Shown here: one piece after another, positions 9,197 through 19,495 of the stretch
Layout of the letters: every line of letters starts with the position of its first letter
Position numbering within the stretch: position 1 is the stretch's first letter
From: an uncultured Gammaproteobacteria bacterium
GTDB lineage: Bacteria > Patescibacteriota > Microgenomatia > Levybacterales > UBA12049
Assembly: GCA_964598355.1 (NCBI GenBank)
Contig: CAZRBN010000001.1
Span: 5,839-69,838 of the forward strand
Reading direction: 5' to 3'
Length of the DNA stretch: 64,000 bases
The notes under the pieces: generated by a model
Told to the model about the DNA's origin: nothing
Database searches by the model: none
What the model saw: only the letters and a program-made list of their open reading frames with translations
Program-made: the position numbers and the translations under genes

Positions 9197-10905
9197 AAAA
9201 ATTTCAATTAATTTCTTTATTTATTATTCTCTTACTCTCTTTTAGTTTGAGAGCATATGGCATTAATTGGGATAATGGCTTTCATTTACATCCTGATGAA
9301 AGAGCTATTATCTTATTTTCTCAGCCTCTTGCATTTCCTTTATCGTTTTCTCAGTTTTTTTCAGTCACAAGTCCCTTGAATCCCCATTTTTTTGCCTATG
9401 GGTCTTTCCCTTTATATCTCTTAAAACTCCTGAGCAGCATTCTTTCCCTTTGGATTCCTTTTTTAGGCACATATGATGGAATGAGTATTGTAGGAAGAAT
9501 CATATCAACAACAGCTGATTTAGGGACTCTTTTTATTATTTTTCTTCTGGGGAAAAGAATTTTTACAACGTTCAGTGGCCTTCTGGGAAGTCTTTTTTAT
9601 GGACTATCAACACTTGCTTTGCAAACTTCCCATTTTTATGTTGTTGACCCTCTCCTCACCTTCCTCGTTACGTTGTGTTTGTATTGCATTGTATTGCTGT
9701 ATAATGAACCTTCCTATAAAAAAGCATTATTGGTTGGAATACTATTTGGATTATCCTTAGCAACAAAAAATAGTGCAGTTGCTCTTATCTCATCAATAAG
9801 CTTCACACTCATTGCAGATATATGGCTCCTCGCTCTCAGACACAAAAGAAAAATTCATTTGCATGCAGAAGAAGTAAAGAAAATTATTATGCAAAATGTC
9901 CCATTTGGTATATATATTTTTCTTACTGCTTGTATTACATTTTTTATTTTTGAACCATATGCACTTATTGATTTTTCCACTTTCCTGACACAAACACTAC
10001 AGCAATACCAAATGACAAAAGATGCATTTACTTTTCCTTATACTCTGCAATACGTAGACAAAATACCCTATCTGTATGAGATTAAAAACATGTTTCTCTG
10101 GGGACAAGGACCTGTTCTTTTTCTCTTTTCTCTTTCTGGTCTCCTTATGGTTTTATACTCTCTCTATAAAAAAGAAAAACAGACAAAATGGCCAGAAGAA
10201 ATACTTCTTATACTTTTCTTAGGGACATACTTTTTTGTTGTAGGAAAGTTTGCAGTTGGATTTATGAGATATATGCTTCCGATGTACCCACTTCTTGCTC
10301 TCTTTGCTGGAATAGGTGTTGAAAAAGTTATTACATATCTTACTAGTTCACATGGTTTCTATTGGCTCAAAATCCTTCTGGTATTGTATATTGTCATCCT
10401 GGTTGGTTATTGGCCTCTTGCGTTTCTCCATATCTACTCCTTACCCAATACCCGGGTTCAAGCAACCAACTGGATACAAACGCATATTGCTCCTGGCTCA
10501 CATATTGCTATTGAACATTGGGATGATTCCCTTCCTCTTTTAGGACAAGACGTATATACAATGATAACATTGCCATTGTATGACCCTGATACTAATTTCA
10601 AGTGGCAACAAATCAACCAACAGCTTACAACAACTGATTATATTATCATTGCATCAAACAGGCTCTATGTTCCGCTCCAGAAGTTAGCAGACTGTAATAA
10701 ACACCCTTTTCCTCACTGTTACCCACTCACAGCCAACTATTATACACAGCTTTTCCATGGAGAAAAAGGATTTAAAAAAATAGCTGAATTTGCTTCATAT
10801 CCAACACTTCCTTTCAGTAATCAACCGATTAATGACCAAGAGGCGGACGAATCATTTACCGTATATGATCATCCGAAAGTAATGATTTTTCAAAAGGTAC
10901 CTTGA
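9193..10905 (+). CDS. GT-C fold membrane glycosyltransferase (PMT/ArnT-like)
   Basis: HLHPDERAI, NPHFFAYGSFP, GLSLATK, RYMLPMYP; polytopic membrane protein. Confidence 0.85.
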   Translation: MKKFQLISLFIILLLSFSLRAYGINWDNGFHLHPDERAIILFSQPLAFPLSFSQFFSVTSPLNPHFFAYGSFPLYLLKLLSSILSLWIPFLGTYDGMSIVGRIISTTADLGTLFIIFLLGKRIFTTFSGLLGSLFYGLSTLALQTSHFYVVDPLLTFLVTLCLYCIVLLYNEPSYKKALLVGILFGLSLATKNSAVALISSISFTLIADIWLLALRHKRKIHLHAEEVKKIIMQNVPFGIYIFLTACITFFIFEPYALIDFSTFLTQTLQQYQMTKDAFTFPYTLQYVDKIPYLYEIKNMFLWGQGPVLFLFSLSGLLMVLYSLYKKEKQTKWPEEILLILFLGTYFFVVGKFAVGFMRYMLPMYPLLALFAGIGVEKVITYLTSSHGFYWLKILLVLYIVILVGYWPLAFLHIYSLPNTRVQATNWIQTHIAPGSHIAIEHWDDSLPLLGQDVYTMITLPLYDPDTNFKWQQINQQLTTTDYIIIASNRLYVPLQKLADCNKHPFPHCYPLTANYYTQLFHGEKGFKKIAEFASYPTLPFSNQPINDQEADESFTVYDHPKVMIFQKVP

Positions 10906-10942
10906 GCGAAGCTTGGTAATGAGGTAGAATGAAGCATAACCT

Positions 10943-11989
10943 ATGAAAAAGAGGAAAGTATTAATTACAGGAGGCACAGGATTTTTAGGTTGCCATTTAG
11001 CGAGGCATTTTTTACAATCAGGAGATTATACTGTTACTCTTTTTGATATTGCCCCTTTGGACGCACAAGACCTACTAGGAAAAGTTATCTATGTTAAGGG
11101 AGATATTACAGACAAAAATAAAGTTTTGAAAGAATTTAAGGATTGCGATTTTGTTGTTCATACTGCAGCTGCACTACCAATACAAAAAACTAAATCAGCA
11201 ATATTTCACACAAATATCGATGGCACAAAAGCAGTTTTGGAAGCATCATTAAAAAATCACATAAAACGACTTGTATTTATCTCTTCAACAGCAGTTTATG
11301 GAGTTCCCAAACATCTTCCAGAAACAGAAGAAAGTCCGCTTGATCCAATTGGATTCTATGGTGAATCAAAAATTGCTGGAGAAAATTTATGCAAAGAATA
11401 TATGAAAAAAGGCCTTTCCATTAATATTATTCGACCTAAAACATTTTTAGGAACAGAGAGACTTGGTGTATTTCAATTATGGTTTGAGGCAATCTATCAA
11501 GGGAAAGGAGTATTCCTTTTGGGGAATGGAAACAACAGATACCAATTACTTGCAGTTACTGATATTGCAGCACTTATTCAAAAAGCTCTAGAGAGCAACG
11601 TTGAGAATGAAATATTTAATGCCGGTGCAAAAGAATTTAGGACATGGCGAGAAGATTTAGGATCTGTTATACAGTATGCAAAATCTTCATCGAAAATCGT
11701 AGGATTACCTGTTGTCCCTTCACAGATCCTTTTAGGATTATTTGAATTTTTGGGCATTTCCCCCATTGCAGCATGGCATTATAAAACACTTCCAGTCCCA
11801 TCATATGTCTCCATACAAAAAGCACAAAAACTGCTGAAATGGGAACCTAAAAAGTCAAATAAGCAACTGCTTTTAGAAACATACCAATGGTATGAAAAAC
11901 ATCGAAATGAAATTATAGGAAGGAAAGGTAAGACACACAGAGTGGGATGGAATTTTCAAATCCTTAACCTTATTACTAAGTTCTTTTAA
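10943..11989 (+). CDS. NAD-dependent epimerase/dehydratase (extended SDR)
   Basis: ITGGTGFLG, ISSTAVYG, YGESK. Confidence 0.92.
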   Translation: MKKRKVLITGGTGFLGCHLARHFLQSGDYTVTLFDIAPLDAQDLLGKVIYVKGDITDKNKVLKEFKDCDFVVHTAAALPIQKTKSAIFHTNIDGTKAVLEASLKNHIKRLVFISSTAVYGVPKHLPETEESPLDPIGFYGESKIAGENLCKEYMKKGLSINIIRPKTFLGTERLGVFQLWFEAIYQGKGVFLLGNGNNRYQLLAVTDIAALIQKALESNVENEIFNAGAKEFRTWREDLGSVIQYAKSSSKIVGLPVVPSQILLGLFEFLGISPIAAWHYKTLPVPSYVSIQKAQKLLKWEPKKSNKQLLLETYQWYEKHRNEIIGRKGKTHRVGWNFQILNLITKFF

Positions 11990-11993
11990 AACA

Positions 11994-12530
11994 ATGAATA
12001 TTGGTTTTGATTTAGATAAAGTTTTTATTGATTATCCACCTTTCATTCCATCCTGGATTATAGATAAGTTATACAAGAAAAAAGATAATGGAATTTTGCT
12101 CTATAGAATTCCGGGAAAATTTGAGCAATATATCCGCATTCTATCTCACCACCCATTACTCAGACCTTACATAACCCCAAATGTAAGCTTTGTGAGAAAG
12201 CTTTCGCAAAAAGATCATACAAAATTATTTCTTATATCCAGCAGATTTAGCTTTTTAAAAGGACGGACTACAGACGTTGTGAAAAAAGCTCATCTGGATA
12301 AAATTTTTGACAAACTGTATTTCAATTATCATGATGAACAACCACATGAATTTAAAAATGAAATTATTAAAAAAGAGCATATTCAAAAATATGTTGATGA
12401 TGATCTTTCACTATTAAAATTTTTATCAAAAAATAATCCACAAACTAATTTCTACTGGTTAAATCCCCAAAGCACTGACACTATAACAAAAAATCTTTTT
12501 GGAATAACGCATATTTCTCAAATGTTATGA
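11994..12530 (+). CDS. HAD-superfamily phosphatase-like protein
   Basis: IGFDLDKV motif I, ISSR motif II, K and YVDD motifs III/IV. Confidence 0.75.
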   Translation: MNIGFDLDKVFIDYPPFIPSWIIDKLYKKKDNGILLYRIPGKFEQYIRILSHHPLLRPYITPNVSFVRKLSQKDHTKLFLISSRFSFLKGRTTDVVKKAHLDKIFDKLYFNYHDEQPHEFKNEIIKKEHIQKYVDDDLSLLKFLSKNNPQTNFYWLNPQSTDTITKNLFGITHISQML

Positions 12531-14659
12531 TAGATGTTATCAAACAAATACTAATTTGGTGGGTTGTTTTTTTTATGATTGGAGTTATTTTTCTTCCAAT
12601 AACAAAAAGACTCTTTACTTCATTTTTAGATAAAGGTTATATTTTTTCTAAAATTATTGGTATTATTCTTATTTCCTATACAAGCTTTGTTTTGGGTATT
12701 ATCCATCTTGTTCCCTTTAATCATTATGCTTTGGTTGGAATTATTTTTACTTTTTCCCTAGTAAATATTTTTCTTCTAAAAAAAGAGGATTTGTTGGAGA
12801 TGAAAAAGTCACTAGGGTTATTTTTTATCGAAGAAGTTCTCTTTTTCACTGGTCTCATTACCTGGTCATGGGTGAGAGGGTTTCAGCCTAATATCAATGG
12901 CTTAGAAAAATTCATGGATTTTGGATTTGTAAATTCTATTCTCAGAAGCACCTATTTCCCTCCAAAAGATATGTGGATGACTCCTCTATACATAAATTAT
13001 TATTATTTTGGTCACCTTGTCACTGCCGTCCTGACTAAATTATCACTTCTTCCAAGTAATATTACTTTTAATTTTATGATCGCTACCATTTTTTCGTTTA
13101 CTTTTGTTGGCAGTTTTTCATTAGGTGGTAATTTTTACACATTACTCAAGCAGTTAAGGAAGCGATTCACAGCATTTCTCATTCCCGGAATTCTATCTGC
13201 TTGGCTAGTCACTTTTGCAGGCAATCTTCATACCATCTATACACTCTTTAAACCTTATGAAAATGATAACCCGGTTGCTCCATGGCAATTAATTTTTTCT
13301 CCTCAAACTTTCCCTAATTCCTATTGGTATCCCAATGCAACACGATTTATTTATCATACAATTCATGAATTCCCTATGTACTCTTTTGTTGTTTCAGACC
13401 TCCATGGGCATGTACTCGATATTCCCTTTGTCCTATTAACTCTTGCAACTCTCCTGGTTATTTTCTTGAAACCTTTAAATCTGAATACTAAATCCCAAAT
13501 ACTAAATACTATTTTGTTGGGAGGTCTTAGTGGCATAATGTACATGACTAATGCATGGGATGGACTTATTTATATTCTCATCTCGTCAACAATTCTTATC
13601 TATAAACTGTATGAATATAAAAAAATATCCTGGCAAAATATTCTTATACAACTAGGACTGGTTGTCGGAAGTTTTTTTGTTGTATCTCTTCCGTTCTCTT
13701 TATTTTTCAAACCGTTTGCATCTCAAATAGGTATTAATTGTCCACCTGATTTTTTAATCCATATAGGGAAAATTGGCCCTATTCTTTTTGAACAAGGATA
13801 TTGCCAATATAGTCCATGGTGGCAGTTAGCAATTCTCTATGGTTTTTTCTTTTTCTGGTTTATCGCATTGAGCTTTTTCCTATTTTTTACGGCAAAGAGA
13901 GAACATCAAAAGATGGATATTTTTATCACTATTTTAAATTGCTTTGCATTTCTTCTTATTCTCGCTCCAGAATTTGTGTATCTAAAAGATATTTATACAA
14001 CGTATTTTAGAGCAAACACTATGTTTAAATTATGTTATCAAGCCTTTATCATTCTTTCTTTAACCAGTGCATACTCCATTCTGAGAATTTTTTCGGGTAT
14101 ATCATTTAAGAAAAAAATACAGGCTCCATTTATTTTTGTCTTTACTCTTATGAGTGGTATACTTATTACCATTGTTAGTATCTATCCGTATTTTGCAATT
14201 AATTCTTACTATAACAATTTACAAAAATTTGAAGGAGTAGACGGAACAAAGTACCTTCTGTCTTCATATAAAAGCGATGCTAATGCCATTACCTGGATTA
14301 ATCAAAATATTAAAGGCCAACCAGTTATGGTTGAAGCACAAGGAGATTCATACACGGATTATGAACGAATTTCCAGTAACACTGGCTTACCAACTATTTT
14401 TGGATGGACAGTCCATGAATGGCTCTGGCATGGCACCTATGACATAGCACCTCCCCGAATTGAAGATGTTAAAACACTTTATGAAACAGCTGACATTGCT
14501 AAAACAAAAAATATCATAAAAAAATATAACGTTACCTACATGTATATTGGAGACATGGAACGAAAAAAATATACTGTTAATGATGAGAAATTTAAACAGC
14601 TAGGCAAAGTTATTTATCACAATGGAGCCACTACAATCTATCAAATCTCTTTAGAGTGA
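12527..14659 (+). CDS. DUF2298 / Chlor_Arch_YYY family membrane protein (probable GT-C)
   Basis: EKFMDFGF, INYYYFGH (YYYxG), HEFPMYSFVVSDLHGH, RANTMFK. Confidence 0.85.
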   Translation: MIDVIKQILIWWVVFFMIGVIFLPITKRLFTSFLDKGYIFSKIIGIILISYTSFVLGIIHLVPFNHYALVGIIFTFSLVNIFLLKKEDLLEMKKSLGLFFIEEVLFFTGLITWSWVRGFQPNINGLEKFMDFGFVNSILRSTYFPPKDMWMTPLYINYYYFGHLVTAVLTKLSLLPSNITFNFMIATIFSFTFVGSFSLGGNFYTLLKQLRKRFTAFLIPGILSAWLVTFAGNLHTIYTLFKPYENDNPVAPWQLIFSPQTFPNSYWYPNATRFIYHTIHEFPMYSFVVSDLHGHVLDIPFVLLTLATLLVIFLKPLNLNTKSQILNTILLGGLSGIMYMTNAWDGLIYILISSTILIYKLYEYKKISWQNILIQLGLVVGSFFVVSLPFSLFFKPFASQIGINCPPDFLIHIGKIGPILFEQGYCQYSPWWQLAILYGFFFFWFIALSFFLFFTAKREHQKMDIFITILNCFAFLLILAPEFVYLKDIYTTYFRANTMFKLCYQAFIILSLTSAYSILRIFSGISFKKKIQAPFIFVFTLMSGILITIVSIYPYFAINSYYNNLQKFEGVDGTKYLLSSYKSDANAITWINQNIKGQPVMVEAQGDSYTDYERISSNTGLPTIFGWTVHEWLWHGTYDIAPPRIEDVKTLYETADIAKTKNIIKKYNVTYMYIGDMERKKYTVNDEKFKQLGKVIYHNGATTIYQISLE

Positions 14660-14740
14660 TAGTTTGTAGTATAAAATTCCAAAAGGAGAAGGAAAATGGA
14701 ATTCTAGATATCCTTAAATCATTTCTTAAATCCTGAATCT

Positions 14741-15862
14741 TTACTTTCCCACAGTAGGAGTTACTGGAGTAGCAGTTACTTTGCATCCACCCTTATTTAT
14801 TTCACACGCAATAAAAGCTTGAATTTCTGAAAAATCTCCATCCCCAATTCTTGGTATAAGAGCAGCAGCATAACTGTATGTAGGAGATAAGGGGGCATTC
14901 ATAAGAAGACCAGGACGCCCAGTAATAGCATCTCCATAATCCAAAACAGCATTTTCTATTTTTGCACTTCGTAATTTAGGAGCAAGCTGTAAAAATAATC
15001 CTACCTCTTGTTGCTTAATATCTGTATCAATGCTACTTTGTAAAATGCTGTAGAGATTTGCCAGCCTATTTGGATTAAAGATTGTCTGCAATGAAAATAT
15101 TTTTTCTCTAAATGCTTCTATGACTTTTTGTTGTCGGGCAGATCGAGCAAAATCACTTCCTTCAGCTCCCAGAGCATGACGAGACCGTACATATTCAAGT
15201 GCTGTCTGTCCATCCATGTGCTGCTTGCCTGGATCAAAATGCAAGTGTTTGTATCGGCACGGGAAAAACTCCAAAGCTGACGAATCACTCGCATTTTTTG
15301 AATAGTCCTTAATTTCAGCATCTGTATGCCCACAGGTCTCCTCCTCTTTTCCCTCAATTGGATATAGATAATCATCAAGTGTCCGGTCTACAGTCACATC
15401 AACCCCTCCAACTTCATCTACAGCCTTTACAAAGCCCTGGAAATCAATTCTGAATGCATAATGCATTGGTTGTCCGGTTATTTTTCCGACTTCTGATTTT
15501 GCTAAAGATAGCCCTTCAGGAGGAGTATTATCTTGTCCGTCAGCATACACTGCATTTACTTTTTCAGAAAGGTGTGTTACCCATAAGTCTCTCGGAATTG
15601 ATATCAATGTCACTTTATTTACTTTCACATCAATACTGGCAAGTATCATGGTATCTGTAAGATTTGGTCCATCATGAGTGCCCCCACCAATACCAAGAAG
15701 TAAGATATTTGTCTTTCCATTGGTAGAGGCAAGAGAGGGTGCTGTATGGAGCAAAACCTGAGTAGCAGTTGGAGCAACACGTTGGAAGAGTGGCCAGAAA
15801 AGCCAACCCAAAAAGGCAACAAGAATAAGACTAACAATGATAAATCCTTTACGCATGATCAA
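14741..15862 (-). CDS. LCP (LytR-CpsA-Psr) family glycopolymer transferase
   Basis: NILLLG, TDTMILAS, ISIPRDLWV, ALEYVRSRH, DFARSARQQKVI. Confidence 0.93.
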   Translation of the reverse strand: MIMRKGFIIVSLILVAFLGWLFWPLFQRVAPTATQVLLHTAPSLASTNGKTNILLLGIGGGTHDGPNLTDTMILASIDVKVNKVTLISIPRDLWVTHLSEKVNAVYADGQDNTPPEGLSLAKSEVGKITGQPMHYAFRIDFQGFVKAVDEVGGVDVTVDRTLDDYLYPIEGKEEETCGHTDAEIKDYSKNASDSSALEFFPCRYKHLHFDPGKQHMDGQTALEYVRSRHALGAEGSDFARSARQQKVIEAFREKIFSLQTIFNPNRLANLYSILQSSIDTDIKQQEVGLFLQLAPKLRSAKIENAVLDYGDAITGRPGLLMNAPLSPTYSYAAALIPRIGDGDFSEIQAFIACEINKGGCKVTATPVTPTVGK

Positions 15863-16521
15863 CTATTAGTAATAATATCGGCAAACAATTGAGGATTAAG
15901 ACTATCTTTTCCTGGTAAAACACCATCCACAGAAGGCTGAGTTGTAAATGAAGAAACATTTTCAGGGCTTACGCTTCCTCCGTAAATAGTTGTTGTCATA
16001 CCTTTTTCTTTAAAGAATTTCAAAACTTCTTCTGCATCTTCCGGGGTATCGGCTATTCCAGTCCCAATGGCAAATACAGGCTCATATGCAATGACGTGTA
16101 CTCCTTCAGGCACTGGTGTTTCTTTTCCTTGGACACAAACAACTGGTATCAGTCCTGCTTTTAATACTTGTTGGGATTTTTGTGCAACTATTTCATCTGT
16201 TTCACCTAGATTTCGTCTTTCGGAATGACCAACCAAAATATATTGTACAAACTCTTTGAGTTGCACTGCTGCGATCTCACCTGTATGAGCTCCTTCATCA
16301 AATGGAGATACATCCTGTGCTCCAAGAATAAAAGGTAAAGCATATTCCTGAATAAGAGCTGAAGAGAGTGACAGCAGTTCAAAAGGTGGACAAAGAATGA
16401 TAGTTTTATTCTCCAGATTTGAGAATTGAGGTTTCAAGTGAGAAATCTTTTCAAACCACTCTGCAGCTTCTGAGACTGTCTTATGTGATTTCCAGTTACC
16501 GATAATATATATTTTTTTCAT
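15859..16521 (-). CDS. tpiA: Triosephosphate isomerase (short form)
   Basis: GNWKS, GAQDVS, VGHSERR, AYEPVFAIGTG, YGGSV. Confidence 0.93.
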   Translation of the reverse strand: MKKIYIIGNWKSHKTVSEAAEWFEKISHLKPQFSNLENKTIILCPPFELLSLSSALIQEYALPFILGAQDVSPFDEGAHTGEIAAVQLKEFVQYILVGHSERRNLGETDEIVAQKSQQVLKAGLIPVVCVQGKETPVPEGVHVIAYEPVFAIGTGIADTPEDAEEVLKFFKEKGMTTTIYGGSVSPENVSSFTTQPSVDGVLPGKDSLNPQLFADIITNS

Positions 16522-16556
16522 GTGTTAAAATAGTAGAAGTCTTTCTATTATAGCCT

Positions 16557-18413
16557 ATGAACAATGACCTTCTCAAGCAACTGAATAAACAGCAACAAGA
16601 GGCTGTTTTGTACAACCAAGGCCCCATGATTATCCTCGCCGGTGCAGGATCTGGGAAAACTCGTGTTCTTACCTTTAAAGTATTATACCTAATATCCGAA
16701 CTGAAAATTTCTGCCGTAAATATTTTATGTCTTACCTTTACTAACAAAGCTGCCAATGAAATGAAAGAGCGTATTCAAAAAATTCTTTCAGCAACAAGTC
16801 AACCAACCGTTGCTACTTTTCATTCTCTATGTGCAAAAATTCTCAGGCGTGAAGCGATGCATCTGGGAATGACCTCTGATTTTGTTATCTATGATACACA
16901 AGATCAGCAGGATGCTCTTAAACAAGTCATGGAGCTTTTAAATATTTCAACCAAAGAATACAAACCTGCAGCAATTCATGCTATGATATCTCAGGCTAAG
17001 AATGAAATGCTTTCTCCTTCTGAATATAGTCAATTTGCAAAAGGGACATTTCAGCAAGTAGTTAGCATTGTCTATTCTGCCTATCAAAAACTCCTCAAAG
17101 CAAATAATGCATTTGATTTTGACGATTTACTCCTTCAAGTTGTTGCCCTTTTTGACCAGCATCCGGAAATCCTTGAAAAGTATCAAGAGAAATTTCAGTA
17201 TATTCTTATTGATGAGTATCAGGATACGAATAAAGTCCAATACAAACTTACTCGACAATTAGGAAGAAAGTACAACAATGTGTGTGTGGTTGGAGATTTT
17301 TCTCAGTCCATCTATTCCTGGCGTGGAGCTGACTTTCAAAATCTTTCTAAATTCAAGGTTGATTTCCCAAATGTCCGGACTTTTGAGCTATCTCAAAATT
17401 ATCGTTCTACGCAAAAAATTCTTGATGCTGCATCTCATGTTATTTCCCACAATACCACTCACCCAGTCCTTAAGTTGTGGACAAAAAATGATGGTGGAGA
17501 AGAATTGGTAGTCTATGAAGCACGAAACGAACAGGAAGAAATACTGTTTATCACAAGCTTTATCCAAAATTATGGATCAGATAATTTATCTGACATTGCT
17601 ATTTTGTATAGGACAAACGCGCAATCCCGCGTTGTTGAAGAAATTCTTCTGCACCATGGCATTCCTTACACTCTCATTGGGGGAACACGATTTTATGAGA
17701 GAAAAGAAGTTAAGGATGTTCTATCATACTTGCGTGCAGTTGTTAATCGAAAAGACAGTGTTTCATGGAAAAGAATTGAAAAATTAGGAAAAACTCGCCT
17801 TCTCAAATTTGAAGTCTTTTTGGAAGACCTGAAAGGGAAAGACCCTTTACCAACCATTGATTTATTGGATGGCATTATGCGTGCAACTGGATATTTGGAT
17901 TTGTATGATGAAGATGACGAAGAAGATAGACAAAGGCTGGAAAATATTAAAGAACTCCGCTCTGTTGCTCTCTCTTTTTCTAGTGTAGTGAATTTCTTAG
18001 AAAATGTTGCACTTGTTGAACAAGAGTATTCTCCTACAGCCCAAGCAGGTATGCCTGATGGGTCAGTAGGACAAAAAACAAATGCTGTTACACTTATGAC
18101 TCTTCATGCTGCAAAGGGACTGGAATTCCCTGTTGTTTTTATGATTGGTATGGAAGAAGGCCTTTTCCCACACAGTCGATCTCTTATGGATAAAAATGAG
18201 TTGGAAGAAGAAAGAAGACTTTGCTATGTGGGGATGACACGAGCTAAAGAACGGCTTTTTCTTACCTATACTACGAAACGTCTCTTTTTTGGACAACGTA
18301 GTACAAATACTATCTCAAGGTTTATACTAGAATTACCTGAAGATGTCATTGGAGAGCAGCTCAAGCCTCCAGGGTATAAGGACAGTGATGGAGATTATCC
18401 AGACTACCTATGA
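16557..18413 (+). CDS. pcrA: ATP-dependent DNA helicase PcrA/UvrD
   Basis: AGAGSGKT, TFTNKAA, DEYQDTN, QNYRST, MTLHAAKGLEF, EERRLCYVGMTRAK. Confidence 0.95.
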   Translation: MNNDLLKQLNKQQQEAVLYNQGPMIILAGAGSGKTRVLTFKVLYLISELKISAVNILCLTFTNKAANEMKERIQKILSATSQPTVATFHSLCAKILRREAMHLGMTSDFVIYDTQDQQDALKQVMELLNISTKEYKPAAIHAMISQAKNEMLSPSEYSQFAKGTFQQVVSIVYSAYQKLLKANNAFDFDDLLLQVVALFDQHPEILEKYQEKFQYILIDEYQDTNKVQYKLTRQLGRKYNNVCVVGDFSQSIYSWRGADFQNLSKFKVDFPNVRTFELSQNYRSTQKILDAASHVISHNTTHPVLKLWTKNDGGEELVVYEARNEQEEILFITSFIQNYGSDNLSDIAILYRTNAQSRVVEEILLHHGIPYTLIGGTRFYERKEVKDVLSYLRAVVNRKDSVSWKRIEKLGKTRLLKFEVFLEDLKGKDPLPTIDLLDGIMRATGYLDLYDEDDEEDRQRLENIKELRSVALSFSSVVNFLENVALVEQEYSPTAQAGMPDGSVGQKTNAVTLMTLHAAKGLEFPVVFMIGMEEGLFPHSRSLMDKNELEEERRLCYVGMTRAKERLFLTYTTKRLFFGQRSTNTISRFILELPEDVIGEQLKPPGYKDSDGDYPDYL

Positions 18414-18419
18414 CGAAAT

Positions 18420-18458
18420 AAAGGCACAGAAATCTCTTGTGTCCCTTTTGGCTCTTTT
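18420..18458 (+). terminator. Possible intrinsic terminator after pcrA
   Basis: Imperfect stem ggcaca...tgtgtc followed by T-rich run. Confidence 0.35.
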
Positions 18459-18472
18459 GGTACCTGTTAGAA

Positions 18473-19495
18473 ATGAGTATGTGGAGAGATATAACACCCA
18501 AAGATAAAGATGCTTTTAATAAGCTCGCAACACATCCTTTACAATCCTTTGAATGGGGAGAATTTCGTGAACATACAGGGATAAGAGTGGTAAGACGTGG
18601 TTTAGAACAAAATGACAAATTAATACAAGCTTTTCAACTAACAATTCATAACATTCCCCGTACGCCTTGGACCATAGGCTATTTACCAAAAGGCACTCTA
18701 CCCACAAAGGAATTATTGGAAGAACTACAAAGAGTTGGAAAAGAAAACAATTGTATTTTTATACAATTGGAACCCAATGTTCAGAAGCAAGAATTAGGAA
18801 TCATGAATCAAGGGAAGAATTGGAAATTGCCACAGGCTGCACATCCACTTTTTACAAAACATACCTTACAGCTTGATCTGACAAAAGCAGACGAAGATCT
18901 CCTCAAGGCAATGCATCCCAAAGCAAGGTATAACATTAAAGTTGCTCAAAAGCACAATGTTATTGTTAAAGAAGAAAATTCCTCAAAAGCCTTTGATATA
19001 TTTTGGGAATTGACCGAAAAAACAACATCTCGTCAACGGTTTTTTGCTCATACAAAGTCCTACCACCAAGCCCAATGGAAGACGCTTCCTCATAATGCAA
19101 AAGAGAATATACTCTCTTCACATTTACTCATTGCAACATATAAAGACCAACCGCTTACCGCATGGATTGTTTTTATTTTTAAAGATAGCTTGTACTATCC
19201 ATACGGTGCATCTTCTCAAGAGCATCGTGAAGTCATGCATTCAACGCTCATGATGTGGGAAGCAATTTGCTTTGGAAAAAAGCATAAACTGAAGTTTTTC
19301 GATTTGTGGGGCTCGGCTGCACCAGGAACTCCTCCATCAGATCCCTGGTTTGGCTTTACACAGTTTAAAGAGCGCTTTGGACCAGAGAGAATAGAATTCG
19401 TAGGAAGTTACGATTTAATAATTAACCCCCTGCTTTACCAAGGCTACAAACTTGCTGATAAACTCCGTTGGTTGATCCTGAAATTAAGCAAGTAA
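18473..19495 (+). CDS. FemAB/FemX family peptidoglycan peptidyl transferase
   Basis: HPLQSFEWGEFR, YLPKG, KARYNIKVAQK, YYPYGASS, FDLWG, FKERFG; start moved to ATG 18473. Confidence 0.92.
   Translation: MSMWRDITPKDKDAFNKLATHPLQSFEWGEFREHTGIRVVRRGLEQNDKLIQAFQLTIHNIPRTPWTIGYLPKGTLPTKELLEELQRVGKENNCIFIQLEPNVQKQELGIMNQGKNWKLPQAAHPLFTKHTLQLDLTKADEDLLKAMHPKARYNIKVAQKHNVIVKEENSSKAFDIFWELTEKTTSRQRFFAHTKSYHQAQWKTLPHNAKENILSSHLLIATYKDQPLTAWIVFIFKDSLYYPYGASSQEHREVMHSTLMMWEAICFGKKHKLKFFDLWGSAAPGTPPSDPWFGFTQFKERFGPERIEFVGSYDLIINPLLYQGYKLADKLRWLILKLSK

Noticed and set aside
18030-18049. Possible decayed palindromic insertion in pcrA (SPTAQAG)
   Set aside because: Resembles a short CPR in-gene element from memory, but the DNA is no longer palindromic, so it cannot be supported.
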